DNA of 64,000 bases from Alphaproteobacteria bacterium (GTDB lineage: Bacteria; Pseudomonadota; Alphaproteobacteria; UBA828), in NCBI GenBank assembly GCA_965214705.1, contig OZ243972.1, positions 3,520,001 to 3,584,000 of the forward strand, in the 5' to 3' direction. Of this stretch, positions 55,219-64,000 are shown piece after piece (the stretch's first letter is position 1; every line of letters starts with the position of its first letter). Under the pieces are notes generated by a model. That model was not told the DNA's origin. It saw only the letters and a list, made by a program, of their open reading frames with translations, and did no database searches. Both the position numbers and the translations under genes were made by a program.

Positions 55219-56010
55219 TCAGTCGCCGACTGAGATGGTCGCGTCCATGTAAAGCACCGCGCGGCCCGCAATCGACACACGCGCGCCCCGATCCTCGCAC
55301 ACCATTCGCCCGCCGCGGGCAGAGAGCTGGCGCACGGCGAGTCGTTGCTTGCCGAGCCGGCTCGCCCAATAGGGCACCAGTGCCGTCTGCACGTTGCCGG
55401 TGACCGGGTCCTCGGGCACGGCGTTCTTGGGCGCGAAGAAGCGCAGCACGTAGTCAACGTCGCCCTCGTCTCCCGGTGCGGTCGCCACGACCCCGCGCCG
55501 GTCCAAGGCTGTCAGCCCGGCGTGATCGGGGCTGAGCGCCGCCACCTGAGCAGCGTTCTCGAACACCGCGATCCAGTCCGCGCCGGCGAGCACTTCGGCG
55601 GGCGTTGCGCCGAGTGCCCGCGCCAGCACCGCCGGGGGAGTCGCCGGGCCCGCAGGCTGGGCCGGAAAGTCCATGACCAGCGCCTCGCCGTCGCGCGCGA
55701 CCGTGAGCCTGCCGCTCAATGTCTCGAACGCGACGCTGTCCGTGCCCGGCTTGAGCTCTTCGAACACGACAAAGGTGGCGGCGAGGGTGGCGTGGCCACA
55801 GAGATCGACCTCGACGTTGGGCGTGAACCAGCGCAGGCGATAGCCCTCGCCCTCCGGCACCAGAAACGCGGTCTCCGACAGGTTGTTCTCGGCCGCGATG
55901 GCCTGCATCGTCGCCTCGTCCAGCCAAGCGTCGAGGGGGCAGACCGCCGCCGGATTGCCGCCCAGCACCCGGTCGGTAAAGGTGTCGACCTGCAGCAATC
56001 TGATGGTCAT
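55219..56010 (-). CDS. PhzF-family isomerase/epimerase
   Basis: GNPAAV, SETAF, EVDLCGHAT, EDPVTG. Confidence 0.92.
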   Translation of the reverse strand: MTIRLLQVDTFTDRVLGGNPAAVCPLDAWLDEATMQAIAAENNLSETAFLVPEGEGYRLRWFTPNVEVDLCGHATLAATFVVFEELKPGTDSVAFETLSGRLTVARDGEALVMDFPAQPAGPATPPAVLARALGATPAEVLAGADWIAVFENAAQVAALSPDHAGLTALDRRGVVATAPGDEGDVDYVLRFFAPKNAVPEDPVTGNVQTALVPYWASRLGKQRLAVRQLSARGGRMVCEDRGARVSIAGRAVLYMDATISVGD

Positions 56011-56019
56011 CCACGCCTC

Positions 56020-56961
56020 CTATTCACCTGCGCGACGTTTGGACCAGGTAAGCACCCCAAGACCCGCGAGCAGGAGGGCAGCCGCGACCCACGCCCAGCC
56101 GCTCAGCCGCTCGCCGAAAATCACCGCTCCCCAGCCCGGCCCCGTCAGCACGATGATATAGCCGAACTGGGAGAGGAAGAGCGGGCCGCTGCGCCTGAGG
56201 ATTTCGAATATGAGATACCAGACAACGGCGGTGATCACTGTCGCACCCAGGATCGCGAGATCGCCGGCAAGCATCGGGCCGGGGAAGAGGTAGGTCTCGC
56301 CCATGCCGATCATCACCGGGACGAGCACGATGGCAGCGCCGAGCTGGATGCCGCAGGCCAGCGAGAGCGAGTGCGCCTTTGGCGGCCAGAGCAGCGTGCC
56401 TGCGATGTTGAACGCGGCGAAGCAAACCGGCGCGAGCAAGGCCAGCAGCAGCCAGCTTGCCTCCGCAAAGCTCGGCACTGTGATGCCCGGCAGCACCAGG
56501 ATGACAACGCCCACGAGGCCGAGGGCCACGCCCACGGTGCTGAGCAGCCGGAAGCGCTCCATCCTGAGCGTCATTGCCATCAGGTAGGTGCAGGTCGGCG
56601 AGAGGCAGGTGACCATGACCACGAGGCTCGCCGGCAGCTTGGGCGCCACATGGGCGAGAATCGACACCGGGATCGAAACGCCGACTGCGCCGCAGACCGC
56701 ATAGAAGCGCAGATGCGCCACGCTGAAGCCCACGGGCGTGCGGGTCGCGAGGCAGCCGAGCCAGAGGATGAGCCCGGCACCGAGGGTATGCCAGAAGACG
56801 TAGGCCAGCCCCGGCACGCCATTGGTCGTCGCGACCTTGTTGATCGAGAAGAGCAGGCCGTAGAGCGCGCCCGCGATCAGCAGGTAGACGACCGCGAGTA
56901 CGCCGACCCGGGGCGCCGTTGCCGCGGCGGCGCTCGGCCGCGCTTCGCCCGCGTCGGTCAT
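56020..56961 (-). CDS. EamA/DMT family transporter
   Basis: About ten hydrophobic segments in two repeats; ends FGERL. Confidence 0.88.
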   Translation of the reverse strand: MTDAGEARPSAAAATAPRVGVLAVVYLLIAGALYGLLFSINKVATTNGVPGLAYVFWHTLGAGLILWLGCLATRTPVGFSVAHLRFYAVCGAVGVSIPVSILAHVAPKLPASLVVMVTCLSPTCTYLMAMTLRMERFRLLSTVGVALGLVGVVILVLPGITVPSFAEASWLLLALLAPVCFAAFNIAGTLLWPPKAHSLSLACGIQLGAAIVLVPVMIGMGETYLFPGPMLAGDLAILGATVITAVVWYLIFEILRRSGPLFLSQFGYIIVLTGPGWGAVIFGERLSGWAWVAAALLLAGLGVLTWSKRRAGE

Positions 56962-57047
56962 GGTCTCGGTAACGGTGTGCCGGTGCGCTGCTACGCGCTA
57001 CGGTCCAGCCGCTGGCCCCGGCCGGTGCGAATCGTCGGCGTCGGCCG

Positions 57048-57530
57048 CTACCACTTCGCGTGCTTGTAGCGTTCGGCCCAGTCCACGCCCTGCCAGGTCA
57101 TCTGCGAATCGGGCTTCAAGAAGATGAGCCAGCGGGGCTCGACCAGCGTCGGTTCCAGGTACTTCGGTCCGTTCTCGCCCAGATAGCGCAGCGACATCTC
57201 GGTCGCGACCTCGACCCACTTGCCGCCGGTGTTGGGCTCCTCGACGATCTCGGCCCTTCCCTTGGCCATCACCTTCTGCATCGTCTCCCAGATATCGACG
57301 CAGATGTGGACTCGCGGGTCCCGCTGGATGTGCTTGGCCCAGACTGAGCGCGCGCGGGGGACGACGTAGTAGCCGCCGTCGCGGTACTGGTACCAGAGTG
57401 GCACGATGTAGGGCCAACCTTCCTCGTCGAGGCAGGCGAGCCGGCAGAGGTGGGGCCCCTTGAGGAATTCGTCGACCTCTTCGTCGGTCATACCGCCGAC
57501 TTTGCCGCGCCACGAGTCGTCATCCGCCAT
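57048..57530 (-). CDS. Pyridoxamine 5'-phosphate oxidase-like (PPOX/FDOR) protein
   Basis: RLACLDEEGWPYIVPLWY...HIQRDPRV. Confidence 0.85.
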   Translation of the reverse strand: MADDDSWRGKVGGMTDEEVDEFLKGPHLCRLACLDEEGWPYIVPLWYQYRDGGYYVVPRARSVWAKHIQRDPRVHICVDIWETMQKVMAKGRAEIVEEPNTGGKWVEVATEMSLRYLGENGPKYLEPTLVEPRWLIFLKPDSQMTWQGVDWAERYKHAKW

Positions 57531-57665
57531 CTTGTCTCTCCCTTATCCGGCTGGTACGCGGCCACTCCGCCGAGGCCCGACGATGCCGCACTGACGGCAC
57601 ATGATAACATGGTATGCCGCGGCCGCGCCGGCCGCGCGCGCAACCGTGAGCGAGGGAGGCCCTGA

Positions 57666-58529
57666 ATGCAGCTTGGCGTCGTTTTTCCACAGACCGAGAT
57701 CGGCAACGATCCCGCGGTCGTTCGCGACTATGGGCAGGCGGCCGAGGCGCTGGGCTACGAGCACGTCCTCGCCTTCGACCACGTGCTCGGCGGCAATGCG
57801 GCCACGCACGATCTCAGGGGCCCCTACAAGCACACCGACGCATTCCATGAACCCTTCGTGCTGTTCGGCTTCCTCGCCGCAGTTACCCAACTCGAATTCG
57901 TGACCGGCATCATCATCCTGCCGCAGCGTCAGACCGCGCTGGTCGCCAAGCAGGCGGCGGCGCTCGACGTGCTCTGCGAAGGGAGACTCAGGCTCGGCGT
58001 GGCGATCGGTTGGAACCACGTGGAATACGAAGCCCTCGGCATGGACTTCGGGGATCGCGCGCGGCGCATCGAGGAGCAGATCGAGGTCATGCGCCTGCTC
58101 TGGACCAACGAGCTCATCACCTACGAGGGGCAGGACCACCGCATCACCGATGCCGGGCTGAACCCGCTCCCGGTCCAGCAGCCCATCCCCATCTGGTTCG
58201 GCGGCCACGCGGATGCAGTGCTGAGGCGCACCGCCCGGCTTGGCGACGGCTGGTTCCCACTCTTCGCGCCGGACGACGAGGGCGCGGCCGAGGTCGAGAA
58301 GTTCCGGGGCTACATTCGCGAAGCCGGACGCGACCTGGCGGCGGTCGGGATCGAGACTTGGCTCGATGTGCTGGACAAGACGCCCGAGCAGTGGCGGGCG
58401 CACGCAGCGGGCTGGAAGAAGCTCGGTGCCACACACTATTCGGTCAACACGATGAACTCGGGCCTCTCCTCGCCAAGAGCCCACATCGAGGCCATCGAGC
58501 GGATCAAGACGGCACTCGCGGACATCTGA
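57666..58529 (+). CDS. LLM-class F420-dependent oxidoreductase
   Basis: FDHV, FHEPF, ILPQRQTALVAKQAA, GRLRLGV, PIPIWFGG. Confidence 0.9.
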   Translation: MQLGVVFPQTEIGNDPAVVRDYGQAAEALGYEHVLAFDHVLGGNAATHDLRGPYKHTDAFHEPFVLFGFLAAVTQLEFVTGIIILPQRQTALVAKQAAALDVLCEGRLRLGVAIGWNHVEYEALGMDFGDRARRIEEQIEVMRLLWTNELITYEGQDHRITDAGLNPLPVQQPIPIWFGGHADAVLRRTARLGDGWFPLFAPDDEGAAEVEKFRGYIREAGRDLAAVGIETWLDVLDKTPEQWRAHAAGWKKLGATHYSVNTMNSGLSSPRAHIEAIERIKTALADI

Positions 58530-58550
58530 ACCCGGCGGCGCTGTAGCGGC

Positions 58551-59009
58551 ATGGACGAGGGCAGGGCGGCCGTCCTCGGGGAGGACGAGCGCGCTTTCCT
58601 GGAGGCGCAGCGGGTGGCGTATCTCGCGACGGCGGATGGGGCGGGCCTCCCCAATGCCGGTCCCGTGTGCTTCGCCCTTGTTGGCGCCTCCGTCTATATG
58701 ACGATCGATCGAAAGCCCAAGAGCGGGAGGCCGCTGAAGCGCCTCCGCAACATTGCGGAGAACCCGAACGTCGTGCTGACCGCCGATCACTATGACGATG
58801 ACGACTGGTCCCGGCTGCGCTGGGTCATGGTGCGCGGCCGTGCGGAGATACTGGAGAGCGGTGCCGAGCACGACGAGGCGCAGGCGCTTCTCCGCGCCAA
58901 GTATCCGCAGTACCGCAAGATGGACCTGGCGCCGCTCCCCGTGATCGCGATCAGGATCGAGCGGGTCACGAGTTGGAGCGCCGCCGGCGGAGGTAACGCG
59001 TCGCGATGA
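58551..59009 (+). CDS. PPOX-class F420-dependent oxidoreductase (Rv0121-like)
   Basis: IDRKPK, LKRLRNI..NP, DHYDDDDWSRL.W, KYPQY. Confidence 0.88.
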   Translation: MDEGRAAVLGEDERAFLEAQRVAYLATADGAGLPNAGPVCFALVGASVYMTIDRKPKSGRPLKRLRNIAENPNVVLTADHYDDDDWSRLRWVMVRGRAEILESGAEHDEAQALLRAKYPQYRKMDLAPLPVIAIRIERVTSWSAAGGGNASR

Positions 59010-59791
59010 CCGCACGGGCGGCGCGACCCCGCGCGCTCTCCCTCTTCGCGCTGCCGGGCATTCCCATGGTGCAGCCCGGCGACGATCTCGCGGCGTTGAT
59101 CGCAGACGGCTTCACACAAGCCGGTGAGGCCGCGGCCGCCGGCGACGTGCTCGTGGTCGCGCAAAAGATCGTGTCCAAGAGCGAGGGGCGCTACGCCAAT
59201 CTGGCGGAGGTGGAGCCCGGTGCCCAAGCCAGGGAGCTCGCAGCGCTCACGGACAAGGACCCGCGCATGGTCGAGCTCATCTTGAGCGAGTCCCGGCGGG
59301 TGGTGCGCCATCGGCCGGGAGTCATCATCGTCGAGCATCGCCTCGGCTTCGTCATGGCGAACGCCGGCATCGACAACTCCAACGTGGAGCCGGCAGGCGC
59401 GGACGAGCGGGTGCTGCTGCTGCCGCGCGATCCCGACGGCAGCGCGCATCGTTTGCGCGAGGGGTTGCGGGACCGGCTCGGCACGGACTGCGCCGTCATC
59501 GTCAACGACAGCGTTGGCCGGGCCTGGCGCGTGGGCACCGTGGGCCTCGCGCTGGGCGCCGCCGGACTGCCCTCGCTGCTCGACCTCCGGGGGCGCGACG
59601 ATCTCTTCGGCCGGCCGCTCGAAGTGACTCAGGTGGCGCTGGCGGACGAGCTCGCCGCCGCCGCCTCGCTGCTGCAGGGCGAGGCCGACGAGGGCATGCC
59701 CGTGGTGGTGGTGCGCGGGCTTGCCGCCGCCGGGCCAGGCAACGACGGTGCCGCGCTCATTCGCGCCGAGGCCGATGACCTTTTCCGCTGA
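59006..59791 (+). CDS. cofE: Coenzyme F420-0:L-glutamate ligase
   Basis: PGDDL, AQKIVSKSEGR, ANAGIDNSN, DSVGRAWR, ADELAAAA. Confidence 0.94.
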   Translation: MTARAARPRALSLFALPGIPMVQPGDDLAALIADGFTQAGEAAAAGDVLVVAQKIVSKSEGRYANLAEVEPGAQARELAALTDKDPRMVELILSESRRVVRHRPGVIIVEHRLGFVMANAGIDNSNVEPAGADERVLLLPRDPDGSAHRLREGLRDRLGTDCAVIVNDSVGRAWRVGTVGLALGAAGLPSLLDLRGRDDLFGRPLEVTQVALADELAAAASLLQGEADEGMPVVVVRGLAAAGPGNDGAALIRAEADDLFR

Positions 59792-60746
59792 TACCAGCTA
59801 CGTCGCGCTCTCCGGCGGGGTGGGCGGCGCCAAGCTCGCGCTCGGGCTCTGCGACGTGCTGGAGGACGCCGGCCGGCTCACGGTCGTCGCCAACACCGGC
59901 GACGACTTCGAACACCTGGGCCTCAGGGTTTGCCCCGACCTCGACACGCTCACCTACACGCTGGCCGGGCTCGCCAACCCGGAGACCGGCTGGGGGCGGG
60001 CAGGGGAGAGTGGCGCCTTCATGGAGGCACTGGACGCGCTCGGCGGCGAGACCTGGTTCTTCCTCGGCGACAAGGACCTGGCCATCCATGTCGAGCGCAC
60101 CCGGCAGCTGCGGGCAGGCGAGAGCCTGAGCGCGGTCACGTCCGACCTGTGCGCGAGGCTCGGCATCGAGGCGCGCATCGTGCCCATGAGCGACGATCCG
60201 GTGCCGACCGTTGTCGAGACGGAGGACGGCCCGCTCGCCTTCCAGCACTATTTCGTGCGAGAGCGGTGTCGGCCGAAGGTGATGGGGTTCCGTCACGAGG
60301 GGGCGGAGCAGGCGCGACCCTCGACCGGGTTCCTCGATGCGCTGGCGGCGCCCGATCTCGGCGCCGTCATCATCTGCCCGTCGAATCCCTACATCAGCAT
60401 CGACCCCATCCTGACGCTGCCGGGCGTGCGCGCGGCACTCGAAGCCTGCCGGGCTCCGGTGATCGCGGTTTCCCCGATCATCGGCGGGCAGGCGGTCAAG
60501 GGGCCGACCGCGAAGATGATGGCGGAGCGTGGCATCGCGCCCAACGCCGCCGCGATCGCTGAGCATTACGCCGGCTTGATCGACGGCTTCGTGCTCGACG
60601 AGGCCGACCGGGACGCGGCGGCCGGGATCGCCGCCACCGGTGTCGCGGTCGAGGTCACGGCCACAATGATGAACGCGCGCGCGGAGAAGCAGGCTCTCGC
60701 CCGCGCCGTGCTCGCGTTCGCTGAGCGGCTCAGCGCGGCGGGCTAA
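59775..60746 (+). CDS. cofD: 2-phospho-L-lactate transferase
   Basis: LSGGVGGAK, NTGDDF, CPDLDT, FQHYFV, PSNP..SI, KGPTAKMM. Confidence 0.95.
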   Translation: MTFSADTSYVALSGGVGGAKLALGLCDVLEDAGRLTVVANTGDDFEHLGLRVCPDLDTLTYTLAGLANPETGWGRAGESGAFMEALDALGGETWFFLGDKDLAIHVERTRQLRAGESLSAVTSDLCARLGIEARIVPMSDDPVPTVVETEDGPLAFQHYFVRERCRPKVMGFRHEGAEQARPSTGFLDALAAPDLGAVIICPSNPYISIDPILTLPGVRAALEACRAPVIAVSPIIGGQAVKGPTAKMMAERGIAPNAAAIAEHYAGLIDGFVLDEADRDAAAGIAATGVAVEVTATMMNARAEKQALARAVLAFAERLSAAG

Positions 60747-61702
60747 TCGAGCTCCACCGCGTAGGCCGAGGCGGGGAGCGCCTCCGGGATCAAGCCCTGG
60801 GCCTGGAGGAAGACGGCGAAGCGCTCGTAGCGCGCGGTGTCCAGCGCCGCCGGCCGTAACGCGAAGCGCGGCAGCGTGTCGCGCCAGGCGCGCTTGTTGA
60901 GCTCGTCGTCGAGCTCCTCGCGACCGCGCAGGAAGAGCTGCCAGGATTCGTCCGGGTGGTTGATCAGGAACTGCACGCCGCGTTCCAGGGCATCGACGAA
61001 GCCACGAAGCGCGGGGTCGCCTAGCCGGCTGGTATGGGCGACGACGATGAGCTCGTCATAAGGCGGCACGCCCTCTTCCTCGATGTAGAAGGCGCGGCCT
61101 GGATGACCCTCGATGTCCATCTGGTTGAGCTCGAAGTTGCGGTAGGCGCCGATCACGGCATCGACCTGGCCCGAAAGGATCGACGGCGAGAGCGAGAAGT
61201 TGACGTTGACCAGGGTCACGTCCTCGATGCCGAGGCCGTGGCGCTCCAGCATCGCGCCGAGCAGCGCGTCCTCGAAGCCGCCGACCGAGTAGCCGACCGT
61301 GCGCCCCTTGAGATCGGCGATGGACTGGATCGGGCCGTCAGCCAGCACCAGCAGCGTGTTGAGCGGGGTGGCCACCAGCGTCGCGATCCGCACCAGCGGC
61401 AGCCCTTCGGCCACTTGCAGGTGAAGCTGCGGCTGGTAGGAAACCGCGAGGTCCGCCTTCTCGGCGGCGACCAGCTTGGGCGGATCGTTGGGATCGGCCG
61501 GCGCAATCAGCTCGACCTCCAGACCGGCGTCCGCGAAATAGCTCTTCTCAAGCGCCACGTAGAGCGGCGCGTGGTCGGGGTTGACGAACCAGTCGAGCAG
61601 CACGGTCATCTTCTCGGTTGCGGCGGAGGGTTTCGGCGCGATCAGGGCCGCCGCCAGGCACAAGGCGAGCGCCGCCACAAACATCTTGGCCATACTCCGC
61701 AT
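60743..61702 (-). CDS. thiY: ABC transporter substrate-binding protein, NMT1/THI5 family (thiamine precursor)
   Basis: LDWFVNPDHAP, SYQP, YRNFE. Confidence 0.88.
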   Translation of the reverse strand: MRSMAKMFVAALALCLAAALIAPKPSAATEKMTVLLDWFVNPDHAPLYVALEKSYFADAGLEVELIAPADPNDPPKLVAAEKADLAVSYQPQLHLQVAEGLPLVRIATLVATPLNTLLVLADGPIQSIADLKGRTVGYSVGGFEDALLGAMLERHGLGIEDVTLVNVNFSLSPSILSGQVDAVIGAYRNFELNQMDIEGHPGRAFYIEEEGVPPYDELIVVAHTSRLGDPALRGFVDALERGVQFLINHPDESWQLFLRGREELDDELNKRAWRDTLPRFALRPAALDTARYERFAVFLQAQGLIPEALPASAYAVELD

Positions 61703-61725
61703 GTGTCATCCTCCCGGTTGGTAAT

Positions 61726-62466
61726 TCAGGTGTCGGGCTGCCAATGAAGGGCCCGGCGCAGCACGTGGTCGATGATGAAGTAGATCGCCACCGCAAAGAC
61801 CGCGAGGGTGAGCAGCGCGGCGAACATCAGGTCGATCTGCATGCGCGCGTTGGCATGCAGCATGAGGAAGCCGAGGCCCGCGCTGGAGCCGACCCACTCG
61901 CCCACGACGGCGCCGATGGGTGCCACCGCGGCGGCGACACGAACGCCCGAAGCCAAGGCGGGGAGCGCCGCCGGTACCCGGATGCGCCACATGGTCCGCC
62001 ACGGGCTCGCGCCCATGGCGCGGGCGAGGTCGAGCCAGCCCGGCTCGGTACGCCGGAGGCCGTCGAAGAAGTTTGCGGCAACCGGAAAGTAGATAATCAG
62101 CGTCGCCATCGCGACCTTGGACGCGATGCCGTAGCCGAGCCAGAGCACGAGAATCGGCGCGAGCGCGAAGACCGGCACAGCCTGTGACGCCACCAGAACC
62201 GGCAGCAGCCAGAGCCGCGCCGGCCTGACGTAAGTAAGCACCAGGGCGCTGATCACGCCCAGCAGGGTGCCCAGCACGAGTCCGAGCGCGATCTCCAGCA
62301 GCGTGGTCTGGGCGTGGCCCAGGATCAGCCCGACGTGCTCCCACCAGGTCGCGCCGACCCGCGCCGGCCCCGGAAGAATGAAGTGGGGCGTGTCGGCCAG
62401 CCAGACCACCGCCTGCCAGACCAGGACCAGAAGGCCGCAGATCGTCGTCAGCCTGAGGACGCGCAT
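61726..62466 (-). CDS. thiX: ABC transporter permease
   Basis: PVFALAP, RAMGAS, GAVVGEW. Confidence 0.85.
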   Translation of the reverse strand: MRVLRLTTICGLLVLVWQAVVWLADTPHFILPGPARVGATWWEHVGLILGHAQTTLLEIALGLVLGTLLGVISALVLTYVRPARLWLLPVLVASQAVPVFALAPILVLWLGYGIASKVAMATLIIYFPVAANFFDGLRRTEPGWLDLARAMGASPWRTMWRIRVPAALPALASGVRVAAAVAPIGAVVGEWVGSSAGLGFLMLHANARMQIDLMFAALLTLAVFAVAIYFIIDHVLRRALHWQPDT

Positions 62467-62481
62467 TCCGTTTCCGGGCCA

Positions 62482-63249
62482 TCAGTGGGGCCGCGGGGCG
62501 GCGCCGGCTTCGTCGGCCGCCGTGAGCCGCTCCAAAAGCTCGGCGTGCAGGGCCTGAAGGGAGCGGTCGCCGGGCCTGCGGGGCGGGGAGCCGTCGGGCG
62601 CGGCCGCATGCTGAAGCGAGGCGGGGCGGCCGGCCATGACGTAGATCCGCTCGCCCAGCCGGAGCGCCTCGAGCGGGTCGTGGGTCACCAGCAGCACCGT
62701 GCGTCCGGCGAGGAGGCCGGCGGCAAGCTCCTGCAAGCGCATCCGCGTGATCGCGTCGAGCGCGGAGAACGGCTCGTCCATGAGCACGATGGGCCGGTCT
62801 TCCATCAATGTGCGGGCGAGTGCCACGCGCTGGCGCATGCCGCCGGAGAGCGTGCGGGGCAGGGCGTCCGCTTCCCCGCCCAGGCCCACGCGCTCCAGCA
62901 TCGCGAACGCCCGCGCCCGATCGGGTTTCTCGCCCCTGAGCCGTGCGCCGAGGGAGACGTTTCCCAGCGTGCTGAGCCAGGGCATGAGCAGGTCCTGCTG
63001 CGCCATGTAGGCGACCGGCGCGCCACCCAGGACGTCCAGGCTGCCGGATTCCAGCCGCTCCAGGCCTGCGATGACCCGGAGTAGGCTCGACTTGCCCACG
63101 CCGCTCGGCCCCAGCAGGCAGGTCCAGCGGCCCCGCTCCAGGTCGAGCTCCAGGCCGTCGAAGAGCAGCGCGCCTTCGAAGCCGAAGCGTGCGCCCTCGA
63201 CCCGGACGGCGTGGTCCGATTCGGATTGTGGGTGTTCTGGTGGGGGCAC
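62482..63249 (-). CDS. thiZ: ABC transporter ATP-binding protein
   Basis: GPSGVGKS, LSGGMRQR, DEPFSALD. Confidence 0.85.
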   Translation of the reverse strand: MPPPEHPQSESDHAVRVEGARFGFEGALLFDGLELDLERGRWTCLLGPSGVGKSSLLRVIAGLERLESGSLDVLGGAPVAYMAQQDLLMPWLSTLGNVSLGARLRGEKPDRARAFAMLERVGLGGEADALPRTLSGGMRQRVALARTLMEDRPIVLMDEPFSALDAITRMRLQELAAGLLAGRTVLLVTHDPLEALRLGERIYVMAGRPASLQHAAAPDGSPPRRPGDRSLQALHAELLERLTAADEAGAAPRPH

Positions 63250-63250
63250 G

Positions 63251-63342
63251 TCTCGTTTCCTACGCCGGTCCTAACCGGATCAGGTTCAAGGGGTCGTCGG
63301 GTGGGTCCGACCTCTCAGCCGCGTACGGCTCCCCCAGAGCGG
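63251..63342 (-). ncRNA. TPP riboswitch
   Basis: Minus strand GGGGAGCC...GCTGAGA...GACCCCTTGAACCTGATCCGGTTAGGACCGGCGTAGGAA, directly upstream of the transporter. Confidence 0.95.
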
Positions 63343-63559
63343 TTTCGATTGTGGCGAAGCGGCCGCCGCGTTGCAAGCGCGGTAGAGAGTTTCTTCATTT
63401 CCCTCAATCGCCGGGCGCTCGCTCCGCGAGCTTGGCTCCGCGCTTCGCGCGCGGCGCTATCGCGCCGTCCGGGCCTGCCGGCCCGGTCCCTCTCATGTGC
63501 TACATCTCGACTGTCGCTGGTTTAGGTGCGGCGGTGGAGCCGATTTTTGGGGGCAGGCG

Positions 63560-64000
63560 ATGGAATGGAGCGATACGGGGATCGTGCTCTCCGCCCGCCG
63601 CCACGGTGAGAATGCCGCCGTCGTCTCGCTGCTCACCGAGCATCACGGCCGCCACGCCGGGCTAGTTCACGGCGCGCGCGGACGCCGGGCGCGCGGGCTT
63701 TATCAGCCGGGCAATACGCTCACGGCCCGCTGGCAGGCGCGTCTCGCCGAGCACCTGGGCCGCTACACTTGCGAGCTGGTGCGGGCGCGGGCGAGCCTTC
63801 TGCTGGACGACCCGCCCCGCCTCGCGGCACTTGCCGCCGTCTGTGCGCTGACGGAGGCGACGCTGCCGGAGCGGCTTCCCTATCCGCAGGTCTACGGCGC
63901 CACCGGGCGCCTGCTCGACACGCTGGAGGCAAGCGAGCGCTGGGCCGAGGCGGTGGTGCGTTGGGAGCTTGCGCTGCTCGCCGAGCTCGGCTTCGGTCTC
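63560..64000 (+). CDS. recO: DNA repair protein RecO (partial, runs off the window)
   Basis: MEWSDTGIVLSARRHGE...HGRHAGLV...QPGN...WQARLAEHLG...ELGFGL. Confidence 0.93.
   Translation, partial: MEWSDTGIVLSARRHGENAAVVSLLTEHHGRHAGLVHGARGRRARGLYQPGNTLTARWQARLAEHLGRYTCELVRARASLLLDDPPRLAALAAVCALTEATLPERLPYPQVYGATGRLLDTLEASERWAEAVVRWELALLAELGFGL

Overview
GC-rich alphaproteobacterial chromosome segment; the Rhodospirillales-like assignment is inferred from the yebC-ruvCAB-ybgC-tolQRAB-pal-cpoB-tilS-ftsH-folP-glmM-thiD gene order. It has three zones. (1) Bases 1-19759 are the right part of a decaying integrative island that ends at an att site made of the 3' half of tRNA-Pro(CGG), next to an excisionase-like gene and a frameshifted integrase. 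The island carries a lower-GC lipoprotein plus 48-aa micro-protein cassette, a 1560-aa nuclease-STAND NTPase (Avs/NLR-like), higBA, a second integrase split by an IS1634-family element, IS3 and IS21 remnants, a truncated hsdM, an eroded phage-type small gene of possible Acb2/Tad1 fold, a 28-bp dif-like site and an intact IS1380-family element. (2) Bases 20209-33970 hold a DUF4338-fused ISAs1-family element and a compact nine-gene run encoding three complete molybdenum-hydroxylase heterotrimers (M-S-L, L-S-M, M-S-L). (3) Bases 33952-64000 are mostly core genes, with brnTA and vapBC insertions, a Cys-less racemase cluster, an F420 biosynthesis/utilisation locus, a TPP-riboswitch-controlled thiamine-precursor ABC transporter and partial recO. 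All calls come from reading motifs by eye; no searches were run.
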